Of a stretch of DNA of 48,435 nucleotides, positions 8,581 to 17,549 are shown piece after piece (position 1 is the first letter of the stretch; every line of letters starts with the position of its first letter). The stretch is from assembly GCA_017881505.1 (NCBI GenBank), contig JADGQW010000001.1, positions 1 through 48,435 on the forward strand, given 5' to 3'. A program made the position numbers and the translations under genes. The stretch is from Gemmatimonadales bacterium (lineage in GTDB: Bacteria > Gemmatimonadota > Gemmatimonadetes > Gemmatimonadales > JACORV01). The notes under the pieces were generated by a model. That model was given only the letters and a program-made list of their open reading frames with translations, was not told the origin of the DNA and ran no database searches.

Positions 8581-9944
8581 TCGCCGTTCTCGTAGCGGCC
8601 GAGCTTGCGGTACAGCGTGGACGGATCGATGCCGAGCACCTCCGCGGCGCGGGTCTTGTTGCCCGCCTCCGCCTGGAGGACCCACATGATGTACGCCCGC
8701 TCGACGACGTCCAGCGTCGGGTTGGGATGCACCCGCTCCGCCACCAGCGGTTCCGCGCGGCGCTCGGTGACCCGCGCCGGCAGCGCCGACGCCGGGATCT
8801 CCGGCCCCTTGGTGAGGGTCGTGGCGCGCTCCAGCGCGTTCTCGAGCTCCCGCACGTTGCCCGGCCAGTCGTACGCGAGGATCGCGTCGAGCGCGTCGGA
8901 GCCGATCGTCTTGATCTCCTCGTGCCGCTCCCCCGCGATGCGCCGCAGGAACGCCTCCGCCAGCACCGGGATGTCGTCGCGCCGGGAGCGGAGCGGCGGC
9001 AGGTGGATCGCGATGACGTTGAGCCGGTAGTAGAGGTCGGAGCGGAACCGGCCGGAGCGGATCTCCTCCTCGAGGTCGCGGTTCGTCGCGGCGATCAGCC
9101 GGACATCCACCTTCACCGGCTCGGTGCCGCCGACGGGGATGACCTCCCGTTCCTGCAGGACGCGCAGGAGCTTCACCTGGATCGCCGGCGTGGTCTCGCC
9201 GACCTCGTCGAGGAAGAAGGTGCCCGTCCGCGCCGCGGCGAAGAGGCCCTCGTGGTCCCGCACCGCGCCGGTGAACGACCCCTTCACGTGCCCGAACAGT
9301 TCCGACTCGAGGAGACTCTCCGGGAGCGCCCCGCAGTTGATCGAGACGAACGGCCCTTCGCTCCGCGGGGAGAGCTCGTGGATGTAGCGGGCGATGACCT
9401 CCTTGCCGGTCCCGCTGTCCCCCTCGATCAGCACGGTGCTCTCGGTCGGCGCGACGGTCTCCGACAGCTTCATCACCTCGCCGAACTGCCGCGAGCGCCC
9501 GATCGGGCGCACCGTCTGCGAGCGGTCGCGCCGCCGGATCTCCTGCTTGAGGCTCTTGTTCTCGACCTTGAGGCGCCGGCTCTCCAGCGCCCGCCGGCAC
9601 ATCGCCACGAGCGCCGCGGTCTCGAACGGCTTCTGCACGTACTGATAGGCACCCTGGTTGACCGCCTCGATGGCCGTGCGCAGCTCCGCCTGCGCCGTCA
9701 TCAGGATGACGGGCATCTCCGGGTCCCTCTGGCGCGCCGCCGCCAGGAGGTCCATCCCCGACACCCCCGGCATCCGGATGTCGGTCAGCACCACGTCGGG
9801 GGGCCCCTGGCCAAGCGCGTCGAGTCCCGCCTTCCCCCCCTGCGCGGTGACCACCTCGAAGCCCTCGTTCTTGAAGAGGATCCCCAGGGACACGAGGATC
9901 GCCTGCTCGTCGTCCACGACCAGGATCGTCGGGCGGTCGCTCAC
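8577..9944 (-). CDS. pilR: Sigma-54-dependent NtrC/Fis-family response regulator (PilR-like)
   Basis: 455 aa from GTG 9944 (GTGA overlap with the pilS stop). Receiver domain (ILVVDDE...DVVLTDIRMPG), AAA+ domain (GDSGTGKE, GAFTGA-like GSFTGA, ESELFGH) and a C-terminal Fis HTH (AAEVLGIDPSTLYRKL). The track ORF 8577..11684 is an artefactual upstream extension. Confidence 0.9.
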   Translation of the reverse strand: MSDRPTILVVDDEQAILVSLGILFKNEGFEVVTAQGGKAGLDALGQGPPDVVLTDIRMPGVSGMDLLAAARQRDPEMPVILMTAQAELRTAIEAVNQGAYQYVQKPFETAALVAMCRRALESRRLKVENKSLKQEIRRRDRSQTVRPIGRSRQFGEVMKLSETVAPTESTVLIEGDSGTGKEVIARYIHELSPRSEGPFVSINCGALPESLLESELFGHVKGSFTGAVRDHEGLFAAARTGTFFLDEVGETTPAIQVKLLRVLQEREVIPVGGTEPVKVDVRLIAATNRDLEEEIRSGRFRSDLYYRLNVIAIHLPPLRSRRDDIPVLAEAFLRRIAGERHEEIKTIGSDALDAILAYDWPGNVRELENALERATTLTKGPEIPASALPARVTERRAEPLVAERVHPNPTLDVVERAYIMWVLQAEAGNKTRAAEVLGIDPSTLYRKLGRYENGE

Positions 9945-11641
9945 GCAGCCTCCTCCGCGCCGATGCGCGAGGGCAAGTAGACCGAGAAGGCAGTCCCCCG
10001 CCCCGGCTCGGTGTCGCAGAAGATCAGGCCACGGTGCGCCTGCACGGCGCGCTGCACGATCGGCAGGCCGAGGCCCGTGCCGCCGATCCGGCCGGTGACG
10101 AACGGCTCGAAGAGGCGCGGCAGCACCTCCGCCGACACCCCAGGGCCCTCGTCCCGCACCACCAGGAGCCGCGGGGCCTCCAGCACGACCGAATGCGGCA
10201 CCGCGTCCGGCGCCGGCACCCCGACCTCCACCGTCACGTGCGGCGCGCCGCGCGCCGCCTGGAGCGCGTTCAGCACCAGGTTGAAGACCACGCGATGCAG
10301 CAGGTCCTCGTCCCCCTCGAGGCGCACCGGCCGCTCGGGGGCCACCAGCTCGATCACCGCGTCGGCCGCGCAGTCGGGATGCTGCCGCGCCAGCTGGATG
10401 CCGTGCTCGGCGACGCCGACGAGGTCCAGCGCGGCGGCGCGCGTGACGCGCACCCGCGAGAAGTCGAGGAACTCGCTCAGCAGCCGCGAGAGCCGGTCGC
10501 TCTCGCCGACGATGAGCCCCGCGAGCGTCCGCTCGTCGCCGCCGCCCCCCGACATCCGGGCGAGCTGCTCCACGGCGCTCCGGATGGAGGCCAGCGGATT
10601 GCGGATTTCGTGCGCCAGCGACGCGGCGATCTCCGAGACGGCCTCGAGCCGCTCCGTCCGCAGGTGCAGCGCCTCCATCCGCTTCGCCTCGGAGAGGTCC
10701 TGGAAGATCACCGTGACCGACGGGGGCTCCGCCGGGTCCACGTGCACCGGCGTCGTGGTGAAGCCGATCGGCCAGACCCGGCCTCCCGAGTGCGCTTCCG
10801 CCTCGGTGCGCGAGACCCGCAGGCCGTCCGCCGCGGCGCGCCGGATCGCCTGCCCGAGGGGCGGCGCGATCTCGTCGATCAGCTCCAGGACCGGACGGTC
10901 CCGCAGGTCCATCGCGCGGATCCCGAGCAGTGCCTCGGCCGTCGGGTTCGCGTACACCAGCCGGCCGTTGCCCCCGACGGTCATGATCCCCGAGCGGATC
11001 TGCTGCAGGATGTCGCCCGCCTCCAGTCGCACGCGGCGCAGCTCCGCCTCGAGGGTCTGCTGCACGGCCCCCGCCGCCTGCACGCGGCTCGCGAGGTACC
11101 CCGTGGCGATCGCCACGCCCCAGAACACGGCGATCTGGAGCGTGAGCGCCGGCGTCATGCCGAACGCCTGCCCCACCAGCACGTCCGCCGCGTACAGGAA
11201 CCCCGCCAGGAGCGCGATCAGGAGCCCGTTGGCGAGGGGCATCAGCACGGTGTTGAACGCGATGACGAGGATGTAGATGGAGGCGAAGTACGAGTAGGGC
11301 CCGAAGATGTGCACGACCGCGGTGACCAGCGCCAGGTCGAACAGCGCCTGCGCGTACAGGAAGGTCGCCCCCACCTGCCGCGGCCGCAGGTGCGACCACC
11401 AGTACGCCGTCGCGGTCACCGCGAGCGTCGCCGTGACCGAGACCGACGCCACCAGCAGCTGGGTCAGGTCGGCCCGCCACCAGCTCAGCGCCGCGGCGAG
11501 GAAGACGCCCGCGGCCAACGAGAGGCGGCCGATGTACAGCCATCGGAGCATCCCGCGGCGGGACGGGACGGCCCCCGGACTCTGGAGGCGGCGCCAGGGC
11601 GCCAGGCGACGTTCGGTTCCGGGTGGGGAGAGTGCGGTCAT
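9941..11641 (-). CDS. pilS: Sensor histidine kinase, PilS-like (polytopic N-terminus, PAS, HisKA, HATPase)
   Basis: About six N-terminal TM helices, a PAS-like segment (IMTVGGNGRLVYANPTAEALLG), H-box SLAHEIRNPLASI, and G-boxes DEGPGV and GTGLGLPIV. Start ATG 11641 chosen; 11692 or a later Met is possible. Confidence 0.85.
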   Translation of the reverse strand: MTALSPPGTERRLAPWRRLQSPGAVPSRRGMLRWLYIGRLSLAAGVFLAAALSWWRADLTQLLVASVSVTATLAVTATAYWWSHLRPRQVGATFLYAQALFDLALVTAVVHIFGPYSYFASIYILVIAFNTVLMPLANGLLIALLAGFLYAADVLVGQAFGMTPALTLQIAVFWGVAIATGYLASRVQAAGAVQQTLEAELRRVRLEAGDILQQIRSGIMTVGGNGRLVYANPTAEALLGIRAMDLRDRPVLELIDEIAPPLGQAIRRAAADGLRVSRTEAEAHSGGRVWPIGFTTTPVHVDPAEPPSVTVIFQDLSEAKRMEALHLRTERLEAVSEIAASLAHEIRNPLASIRSAVEQLARMSGGGGDERTLAGLIVGESDRLSRLLSEFLDFSRVRVTRAAALDLVGVAEHGIQLARQHPDCAADAVIELVAPERPVRLEGDEDLLHRVVFNLVLNALQAARGAPHVTVEVGVPAPDAVPHSVVLEAPRLLVVRDEGPGVSAEVLPRLFEPFVTGRIGGTGLGLPIVQRAVQAHRGLIFCDTEPGRGTAFSVYLPSRIGAEEAA

Positions 11642-11736
11642 CGGTGCCCAGTACAGTGGACTGAGGTCTTGCAGAACGCAACACCTGATCACACCGGCGT
11701 CCCTGGGGTGCGGTGGCGGTCAGGGTTCCCAGCGTG

Positions 11737-12504
11737 CTAGAAGCGTCTGCCGAGGATGACCTTGGCGGCCAGGCGGTCGGTCGCGGGGGTGAGTCCGAAG
11801 CCGAGTCCGGCGTTGATCTCCCAGTCGGGGGAGAGGTTGAGCGCGACGACCGGGAAGACCTGCTGCCACTGCGCGTCGGGGGCGTCGAAGCTGCCGAGGG
11901 GGCCGAAGCCGCCGTAGTACTCGACGCCGAGGGTGACGGCCCGCGTGACGTCCACCGTCACCGTCGCGCCGGGCGAGAGCTCCCACCCGCCGGCGCCGCC
12001 CCCCGCGAGGGCACGCTCGAGCGCGGGATTGACCGACCAGTACCACCGCCCGAGGCGCTGGTCCACGATCGGCCGCAGTTCGAGGCTCCACGAATCGCCG
12101 AGGTAGCCGCGGCGCTCGGGGCCCACCTCGGCGGAGAGACTGACGCCCACCGGCCAGTGCCAGGAGGCCGGGACCTGCACCCGGGGCCGGATGTGGGAGC
12201 CGACCACCACCGGCCCCGCGCCCGGCTGCACGGACGTGAAGAGGTAGAAGCCCACCTCGGCCCATCCGCCGAAGCCGTGCGTGACCTCCACGGTCTCGTG
12301 GAAGGCGTGCGCGCTCGAGGCGAGGCCGACGGGCCGCACGCCGTCGAAGGTGAAGTTGCTGTGCAGCTCCAGCATCGTCCGGCCGCGCTCGACCACGTCC
12401 GCACCGTAGACCTGGATCTCGTACGCGCCCTGCGCCGCCGCGCGCGCGGCGAGGAGGGCGAGCGCCAGCGCCGGGAGGACCAGCACCGACCGGACGACCC
12501 GCAT
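11737..12504 (-). CDS. Putative outer-membrane beta-barrel protein of unknown function
   Basis: 255 aa from ATG 12504 with GGAGGAAGG upstream. Signal peptide MRVVRSVLVLPALALALLAARAAA|QG. Alternating hydrophobic beta-strand pattern and a C-terminal Phe (ILGRRF). Confidence 0.6.
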   Translation of the reverse strand: MRVVRSVLVLPALALALLAARAAAQGAYEIQVYGADVVERGRTMLELHSNFTFDGVRPVGLASSAHAFHETVEVTHGFGGWAEVGFYLFTSVQPGAGPVVVGSHIRPRVQVPASWHWPVGVSLSAEVGPERRGYLGDSWSLELRPIVDQRLGRWYWSVNPALERALAGGGAGGWELSPGATVTVDVTRAVTLGVEYYGGFGPLGSFDAPDAQWQQVFPVVALNLSPDWEINAGLGFGLTPATDRLAAKVILGRRF

Positions 12505-12544
12505 GCCGCCTTCCTCCCGCCGGCGCGCCACCGGCCCACGAGAA

Positions 12545-12571
12545 GGGCGGGCCCGCCACGCGAGCCCGCCC
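12545..12571 (-). terminator. GC hairpin downstream of pilC (possible terminator or attenuator, no U-tract)
   Basis: GGGCGGGC-N11-GCCCGCCC, a perfect 8-bp stem, 38 nt after the pilC stop. Confidence 0.3.
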
Positions 12572-12608
12572 GAGGTCCATAGCTCCCGCCGCGGCGGGCG
12601 GCCCGCGC

Positions 12609-13808
12609 CTACTGGACCAGGTTGATCATGTTGAAGATCGGCAGGTACATCGCGATGACCATGCCGCCGACCACGCCGCCCAGGAAGACGATCATCACCG
12701 GCTCCATCGCGGAGAGGAGGTTCGCCACCGCGGCGTCCACTTCCTCGTCGTAGAAGTCCGCGATCTTCGTCAGCATCTCGTCGAGGCCACCGGTCTGCTC
12801 GCCCACGGCGATCATCGAGATGACCATGGGTGGGAAGACCTTCGACTTCTGGAGCGGCGCCGCGATCGTCTCGCCGCCGGCGATCGAGTTCCGCGACTCC
12901 ATCACGGCGTCGTGGATGACCCGGTTGCCCGCCGTCTTCGCCGTGATCTCGAGGCCGTCGAGGATGGACACGCCCGACGCGATCAGGGTGCCGAGGGTGC
13001 GGGTGAAGCGCGACACCGCCGACTTGCGCAGCATGTCGCCAAGCACCGGCGACGACAGCATCAGCTTGTCGAGCATCAGCCGCCCACCCGAAGTGGCGTA
13101 GTACTTCTTGATGCTGAAGACGGCGAGCCCCGCCCCGGCGCCGATGGCCCACCAGAAGTGGATGAGGAAGCTCGACATCGTCATCACGATGCGGGTCGGC
13201 AGCGGCAGCACACCGCCGGCCGACGAGAACATGTTGGCGAACACCGGGATCACGAAGATCAGCAGCACGACGACGCAGATGCCCGCCACCGAGAAGATCA
13301 CGGCCGGGTAGATCATCGCGCCCTTCACCCGCCGCACCAGGGCATCGTTCTTCTCCATGAACACCGCAAGGCGCAGCAGGATCGTGTCCAGGATACCGCC
13401 CGCCTCGCCGGCCGCCACCATGTTCACGTACAGGTCGCTGAACGCCTTGGGGTGCTTGCGCAGCGCGTCGGCGAGGGTCTGGCCGCTCTCGACGTCGTAC
13501 ACCACCGCCTTGGTGACGTCCTTGAGGGCCTTGCTTTCGGTCTGCTCCGCCAGGATGTCGAGCGCCTGCACCAGCGGCAGCCCCGAGTTGATCATCGTGG
13601 CGAACTGCCGCGTGAAGATGACGATGTCGCGCGTGGTGACGCCGCCGCCGAAGGAGAAGTTCAATTGCTTCGGCGCCTGCTGGACCTTCACCACGATCAT
13701 CCGGTTCTTCCGGAGATGCGCGACGACGTCGTTCTCCGACGGCAGGTCGATCGAGCCCGACTGCAGTTCCCCCGTGAGGGTCCGCGCGGTGTAGTTGAAG
13801 ACCGGCAT
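12609..13808 (-). CDS. pilC: Type IV pilus platform protein PilC (GspF family)
   Basis: 399 aa with two GspF repeats (FTRQFATMINSGLPLVQAL and FTRTLGTLIASGVSILDGL) and three TM segments. Strong RBS GAGGAGG. Confidence 0.93.
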   Translation of the reverse strand: MPVFNYTARTLTGELQSGSIDLPSENDVVAHLRKNRMIVVKVQQAPKQLNFSFGGGVTTRDIVIFTRQFATMINSGLPLVQALDILAEQTESKALKDVTKAVVYDVESGQTLADALRKHPKAFSDLYVNMVAAGEAGGILDTILLRLAVFMEKNDALVRRVKGAMIYPAVIFSVAGICVVVLLIFVIPVFANMFSSAGGVLPLPTRIVMTMSSFLIHFWWAIGAGAGLAVFSIKKYYATSGGRLMLDKLMLSSPVLGDMLRKSAVSRFTRTLGTLIASGVSILDGLEITAKTAGNRVIHDAVMESRNSIAGGETIAAPLQKSKVFPPMVISMIAVGEQTGGLDEMLTKIADFYDEEVDAAVANLLSAMEPVMIVFLGGVVGGMVIAMYLPIFNMINLVQ

Positions 13809-13831
13809 CCGTCAGCCTCCTCTGCGCGCCA

Positions 13832-14995
13832 TCAGCGCTTGAGCCCGCCGGTAAGCGGCCGGTCCTTCGGCGCCGCGGGCTTGTCGTCCTCGCCCGGCAC
13901 CGGCTCTCCGATCATCCGCAGGAAATCCGCCGGCTCCGGGGTGGCCCGCAGGCAGTCCTCCAGCGCCACCTCGCGGTTCATGTACAGCTGATAGAGCGAG
14001 TCGTTCAGCGTCTGCATCCCGTACTTCTTCCCCGACTGCATCGACGACTGGATCTGGTGCACCTTGTCGTCGCGGATCAGCGCCCGGATCGCCGGCGTGG
14101 CCACCAGGATCTCGCACGCCATCACCCGGCCCCGCCCCTTCGCCCTGGGCAGCAGCGTCTGCGTGACGATCCCCTCCAGCACGAACGCCAGCTGGGCCCG
14201 CACCTGCGACTGCTGGTGCGCCGGGAAGACGTCGATGATGCGGTTGATCGTCTCCGCCGCCGAGTTGGTGTGCAGCGTCGCGAAGCACAGGTGGCCCGTC
14301 TCCGCGATGGTCAGCCCCGCCTGGATCGTCTCCAGATCCCGCATCTCGCCGATCAGCACCACGTCGGGGTCCTCGCGCAGCGCGTACTTCAGCGCGTTCG
14401 CGAACGACTTCGTGTCGGTGCCGACCTCCCGCTGGTTGACGATGCACCCCTGGTGCCGGTGGATGAACTCGATCGGGTCCTCCACCGTGATGATGTGACC
14501 CTTCCATTCCCGATTGATCTTGTCGATCATCGCCGCGAGGGTCGTGGACTTCCCCGAGCCCGTCGGCCCCGTCACCAGGATCATCCCGCGCGGCCGCTCG
14601 GCGAACTTGGCGACCACCCCCGGCAGCTGCAGCTCCTCGAAGGTCTTCACGCGGAAGGGGATCTGCCGGATCACGATCGAGACGCAACCGCGCTGCTTGA
14701 AGCAGTTGCCGCGGAAGCGCGCCAGGTTCTGGATGCCGAAGGAGAAGTCGAGCTCGTCCTCGGTCTCGAAGCGCTTCTTCTGCTGCTCCGTCAGCACCGA
14801 GTAGGCCAGCTGCAGCGTGTCCTTCGGCGTCAGGACGGTTTCCACCTTGCTGCTCACGATGTCGCCGTCCACGCGGATCTTGGGGCGTTCGCCGGCCGTG
14901 ATATGGAGGTCCGACGCCTCGCGCTCGATCATCTCCTCGAGCAGCGCGCGCAGGTTGACGGTGGTCGCCGGCTGGGCCGGATGGGGGGCGGTCAC
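13832..14995 (-). CDS. pilT: Type IV pilus retraction ATPase PilT
   Basis: 387 aa. ASDLHI motif, Walker A GPTGSGKST, VVLIGEMRD, TGHLCFATLHTN and AIRALIRD, characteristic of PilT/PilU. GTG start 4 nt after the pilB stop. Confidence 0.92.
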   Translation of the reverse strand: MTAPHPAQPATTVNLRALLEEMIEREASDLHITAGERPKIRVDGDIVSSKVETVLTPKDTLQLAYSVLTEQQKKRFETEDELDFSFGIQNLARFRGNCFKQRGCVSIVIRQIPFRVKTFEELQLPGVVAKFAERPRGMILVTGPTGSGKSTTLAAMIDKINREWKGHIITVEDPIEFIHRHQGCIVNQREVGTDTKSFANALKYALREDPDVVLIGEMRDLETIQAGLTIAETGHLCFATLHTNSAAETINRIIDVFPAHQQSQVRAQLAFVLEGIVTQTLLPRAKGRGRVMACEILVATPAIRALIRDDKVHQIQSSMQSGKKYGMQTLNDSLYQLYMNREVALEDCLRATPEPADFLRMIGEPVPGEDDKPAAPKDRPLTGGLKR

Positions 14996-14999
14996 GTGG

Positions 15000-16724
15000 T
15001 CAGCCTTCCGCCGTTTCCTTGACGACTTCCTCGAGCGTGGTCACGCCCTTCTTGATCTTCACGATGCCGTCCATCCGCAGGGTGAGCATGCCGTCCTTGA
15101 CGGCCTGCTGCTGCAGCTCGTTGGTGGAGGCGCCGCGGAGGATCATGCGGCGAAGCTCCTGGGAGAAGGCCATCACCTCGTAGAGGCCCGCGCGGCCCTT
15201 GTAGCCCGACCCGGCGCAGGTCTCGCACCCCTTGCCCTTGTAGAAGGCGACCCCCTCCCACTCCTTCTCCGTGGTGCCGATCGCCTTGAGCTCGTCCTTG
15301 GAGTACTTCACCTCGGCCTTGCAGTCCTTGCAGATGCGCCGCACCAGCCGCTGCGCCACGATCAGGTTCACCGCCGACGACACGTTGAAGGGCTCGATGC
15401 CCATGTCGATCATGCGGGTGATCGTGGACGGTGCGTCGTTGGTGTGCAGCGTCGAGAGCACCAGGTGGCCGGTGAGCGCGGCCTTGATCGCGATGCTGCC
15501 CGTCTCGATGTCGCGGATCTCGCCCACCATGATGATGTTCGGATCCTGGCGCAGGAACGCCTTCAGCGCCGCCGCGAACGTCATCCCGATCTCGTTGCGC
15601 ACCGCGACCTGGTTGATGCCCATCAGGTTGTACTCGACCGGGTCCTCGGCCGTCATGATGTTGACTTCGATCGTATTGACCCGGGACAGCGCCGAGTACA
15701 GCGTCGTCGTCTTCCCCGATCCCGTCGGCCCCGTCACCAGCACCATCCCGTACGGGTTCAGGATCGCCTTCATCAGGTCCGCTTCGGCCTTGGGCTCGAA
15801 CCCGAACTTCGACAGGTCGAGCGTCAGGTTCCCCTTGTCCAGAATCCGCATCACGATCTTCTCGCCGAACAGCACGGGGAGGGTCGAGACGCGGAAGTCG
15901 ATCACCCGCTTGCCCATCTTGAGCCGGATGCGGCCGTCCTGCGGCACCCGCCGCTCGGCGATGTTCAGCGCCGCCAGGATCTTGATGCGGGAGGTGAGGG
16001 CCGCCTTGAGCTTGATCGGCGGCTTCATCACCTCGGAGAGCGCCCCGTCGATGCGGTAGCGCACCCGGATCTCGTGCTCGAACGGCTCGACGTGGATGTC
16101 GGAGGCACCCCGCTTCACCGCGTCCGTGAGGATGGCGTTGATGAGCTTCACCACGGGGGCGTCGTCCGCCATCGCGGCGCCGGCCTGCTCCGCCTCCGCC
16201 TCCTCCTGGACGAGCTCCAGCTCTTCGGACTCCGCGTCCTCCCCCATCTCCTTGAGGAGGGTGTCGAGCTGCGCGTCCACCTGCTCGTAGTACTTCTCGA
16301 TCGCCATCCGCAGGGTGTACTCGCCCGCGATCACCGGGAAGATGTCGAACCGGGTGACGAACTTGAGGTCGTCGATGACGCCGAGGTTGGTCGGATCGGC
16401 CATCGCGACCGTCAGCGTCCGCCCTTCCTTCTTGAGCGGCAGGACGAGGTGCTTGAGCGCGATATCCGCGGGGACCATCTTGATGATCTTCGGGTCCACT
16501 TCGAAGCGCGACAGGTCCACCGCCGGCATCCGGAACTGCCGGGCCAGCATCTTGGTGATCTCGGTCTCCTGTATGAAACCGAGCTTGACCAGGTTGTAGC
16601 CTATCCGGGTACCGTTGGCCCTCTGCTCCTGAAGCGCCTTCTCGAGCTGATCCTTGGTGATCAGCCCTTCCTTGATGAGCAGATCGCCGAGCCGGTCGCC
16701 GGCTGCGGGCGCTGGTGCCGACAT
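15000..16724 (-). CDS. pilB: Type IV pilus assembly ATPase PilB (GspE family)
   Basis: 574 aa. N-terminal T2SSE_N-like domain (LGDLLIKEGLITKDQLEKAL), Walker A GPTGSGKTT, TGHLVLSTLHTN, and a tetracysteine motif CKDC...CETC. Confidence 0.93.
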   Translation of the reverse strand: MSAPAPAAGDRLGDLLIKEGLITKDQLEKALQEQRANGTRIGYNLVKLGFIQETEITKMLARQFRMPAVDLSRFEVDPKIIKMVPADIALKHLVLPLKKEGRTLTVAMADPTNLGVIDDLKFVTRFDIFPVIAGEYTLRMAIEKYYEQVDAQLDTLLKEMGEDAESEELELVQEEAEAEQAGAAMADDAPVVKLINAILTDAVKRGASDIHVEPFEHEIRVRYRIDGALSEVMKPPIKLKAALTSRIKILAALNIAERRVPQDGRIRLKMGKRVIDFRVSTLPVLFGEKIVMRILDKGNLTLDLSKFGFEPKAEADLMKAILNPYGMVLVTGPTGSGKTTTLYSALSRVNTIEVNIMTAEDPVEYNLMGINQVAVRNEIGMTFAAALKAFLRQDPNIIMVGEIRDIETGSIAIKAALTGHLVLSTLHTNDAPSTITRMIDMGIEPFNVSSAVNLIVAQRLVRRICKDCKAEVKYSKDELKAIGTTEKEWEGVAFYKGKGCETCAGSGYKGRAGLYEVMAFSQELRRMILRGASTNELQQQAVKDGMLTLRMDGIVKIKKGVTTLEEVVKETAEG

Positions 16725-16778
16725 GGACGAGGAGTCCCGACGAGGTGGAAGACCGTAACTAGCCTAGAGTTACTCGGA

Positions 16779-16806
16779 ATACTACGGCCGGTACCCCCCC
16801 TGTCAA
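16779..16806 (-). promoter_or_regulatory. Sigma-70-type promoter for pilBTC
   Basis: Minus strand reads TTGACA-N16-TAGTAT. The consensus -35 overlaps the comEA stop codon. It sits in a locally AT-richer island about 55 nt upstream of the pilB ATG. A GTAACT-N7-AGTTAC inverted repeat (16755-16773) lies in the predicted 5' UTR. Confidence 0.5.
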
Positions 16807-17549
16807 GGCGCGCGGAGGAAGGGCCGGAGGCGATCCACGAGGCGCTTTCCGATGCCCGGGACGCGGTCGAGCTCCTCGACCCCGCGAAAGGGGCCGCGCG
16901 CGCTCCGGTCCGCCACGATCCGCCCCGCGAGCGCCGGCCCGACCCCCGGGAGGCAGTCCAGTTCCAGCGCGGTCGCGCTGTTGAGGGGCACCGGGAGTGC
17001 TCCGCAGGAGCCGGCCGGCCTCGCCGGCGGGCGGCCGGGCGTGCCGCCGCCGCCCGGTCCCCCGGTGGTGGCTAGGGGCCGCGCCACCCCGGAGAAGGTC
17101 GCCGACCGCTCGAGACCCGCTCTCAGCCCGGGCCCGACCCCCGGCACGCGCCCCAACCCCTCCAGGCTCCCGAAGGGCCCGTGTGCGTCCCGCTCGTCCA
17201 CGATGCGGCGCGCGAGCTTCGGCCCGACCCTCGGCAGACGCGCGAGCTCGTCCGCGGCGGCCTGGTCCACGTCCACCTTCTCCCCGGGGAGGAGAGGACG
17301 CGAGAGCACCTCGGCGCGGCGGGAACGGGACGCCTGGCGGGCGGGATCGGACCCGCGCAGCTCCGGGGCGAGGACCGAGGCGCCGGGTGGACGGGTGGGC
17401 GCGCGCGCCACGCGCACCACCCCGCCGGCGGCGGCGACGAGGGCGAGGAGCAGGACGGCACGGCGTTCATCGCGGGCAGCCACGGACCACACGGTAAAGC
17501 CGGGCGGCGCTACCGTGGTGGCCGAACGCCGCGGTGTGGAGCCTCTCAA
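16803..17549 (-). CDS. comEA: ComEA-like DNA-binding protein with two helix-hairpin-helix modules
   Basis: Two copies of the ComEA HhH signature: VDVDQAAADELARLPRVGPKLARRIVDERDAHGPFGSLEGLGRVPGVGPGL and LNSATALELDCLPGVGPALAGRIVADRSARGPFRGVEELDRVPGIGKRL. N-terminal TM anchor AVLLLALVAAAGG. The track start is a TTG inside a repeat motif; the true start is probably GTG near 17492 or 17483. Confidence 0.75.
   Translation of the reverse strand: MRGSTPRRSATTVAPPGFTVWSVAARDERRAVLLLALVAAAGGVVRVARAPTRPPGASVLAPELRGSDPARQASRSRRAEVLSRPLLPGEKVDVDQAAADELARLPRVGPKLARRIVDERDAHGPFGSLEGLGRVPGVGPGLRAGLERSATFSGVARPLATTGGPGGGGTPGRPPARPAGSCGALPVPLNSATALELDCLPGVGPALAGRIVADRSARGPFRGVEELDRVPGIGKRLVDRLRPFLRAP

Noticed and set aside
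8577-11684. 1035-aa ORF suggesting a giant fused regulator; similar long N-terminal extensions in 7852..9600, 11737..13152, 17592..18926, 24066..26297 and 36548..38131.
   Set aside because: Only the C-terminal part has protein-like sequence. The upstream part reads through the neighbouring gene in another frame. Internal GTG/ATG starts that overlap the upstream stop codon (GTGA/ATGA/TGATG) give normal-length proteins.
12584-12597. CCCGCC-GC-GGCGGG palindrome right after pilC, as a terminator.
   Set aside because: A 2-nt loop is sterically implausible, and the motif is a trivial GC palindrome. Only the neighbouring 8-bp-stem hairpin is listed, at low confidence.
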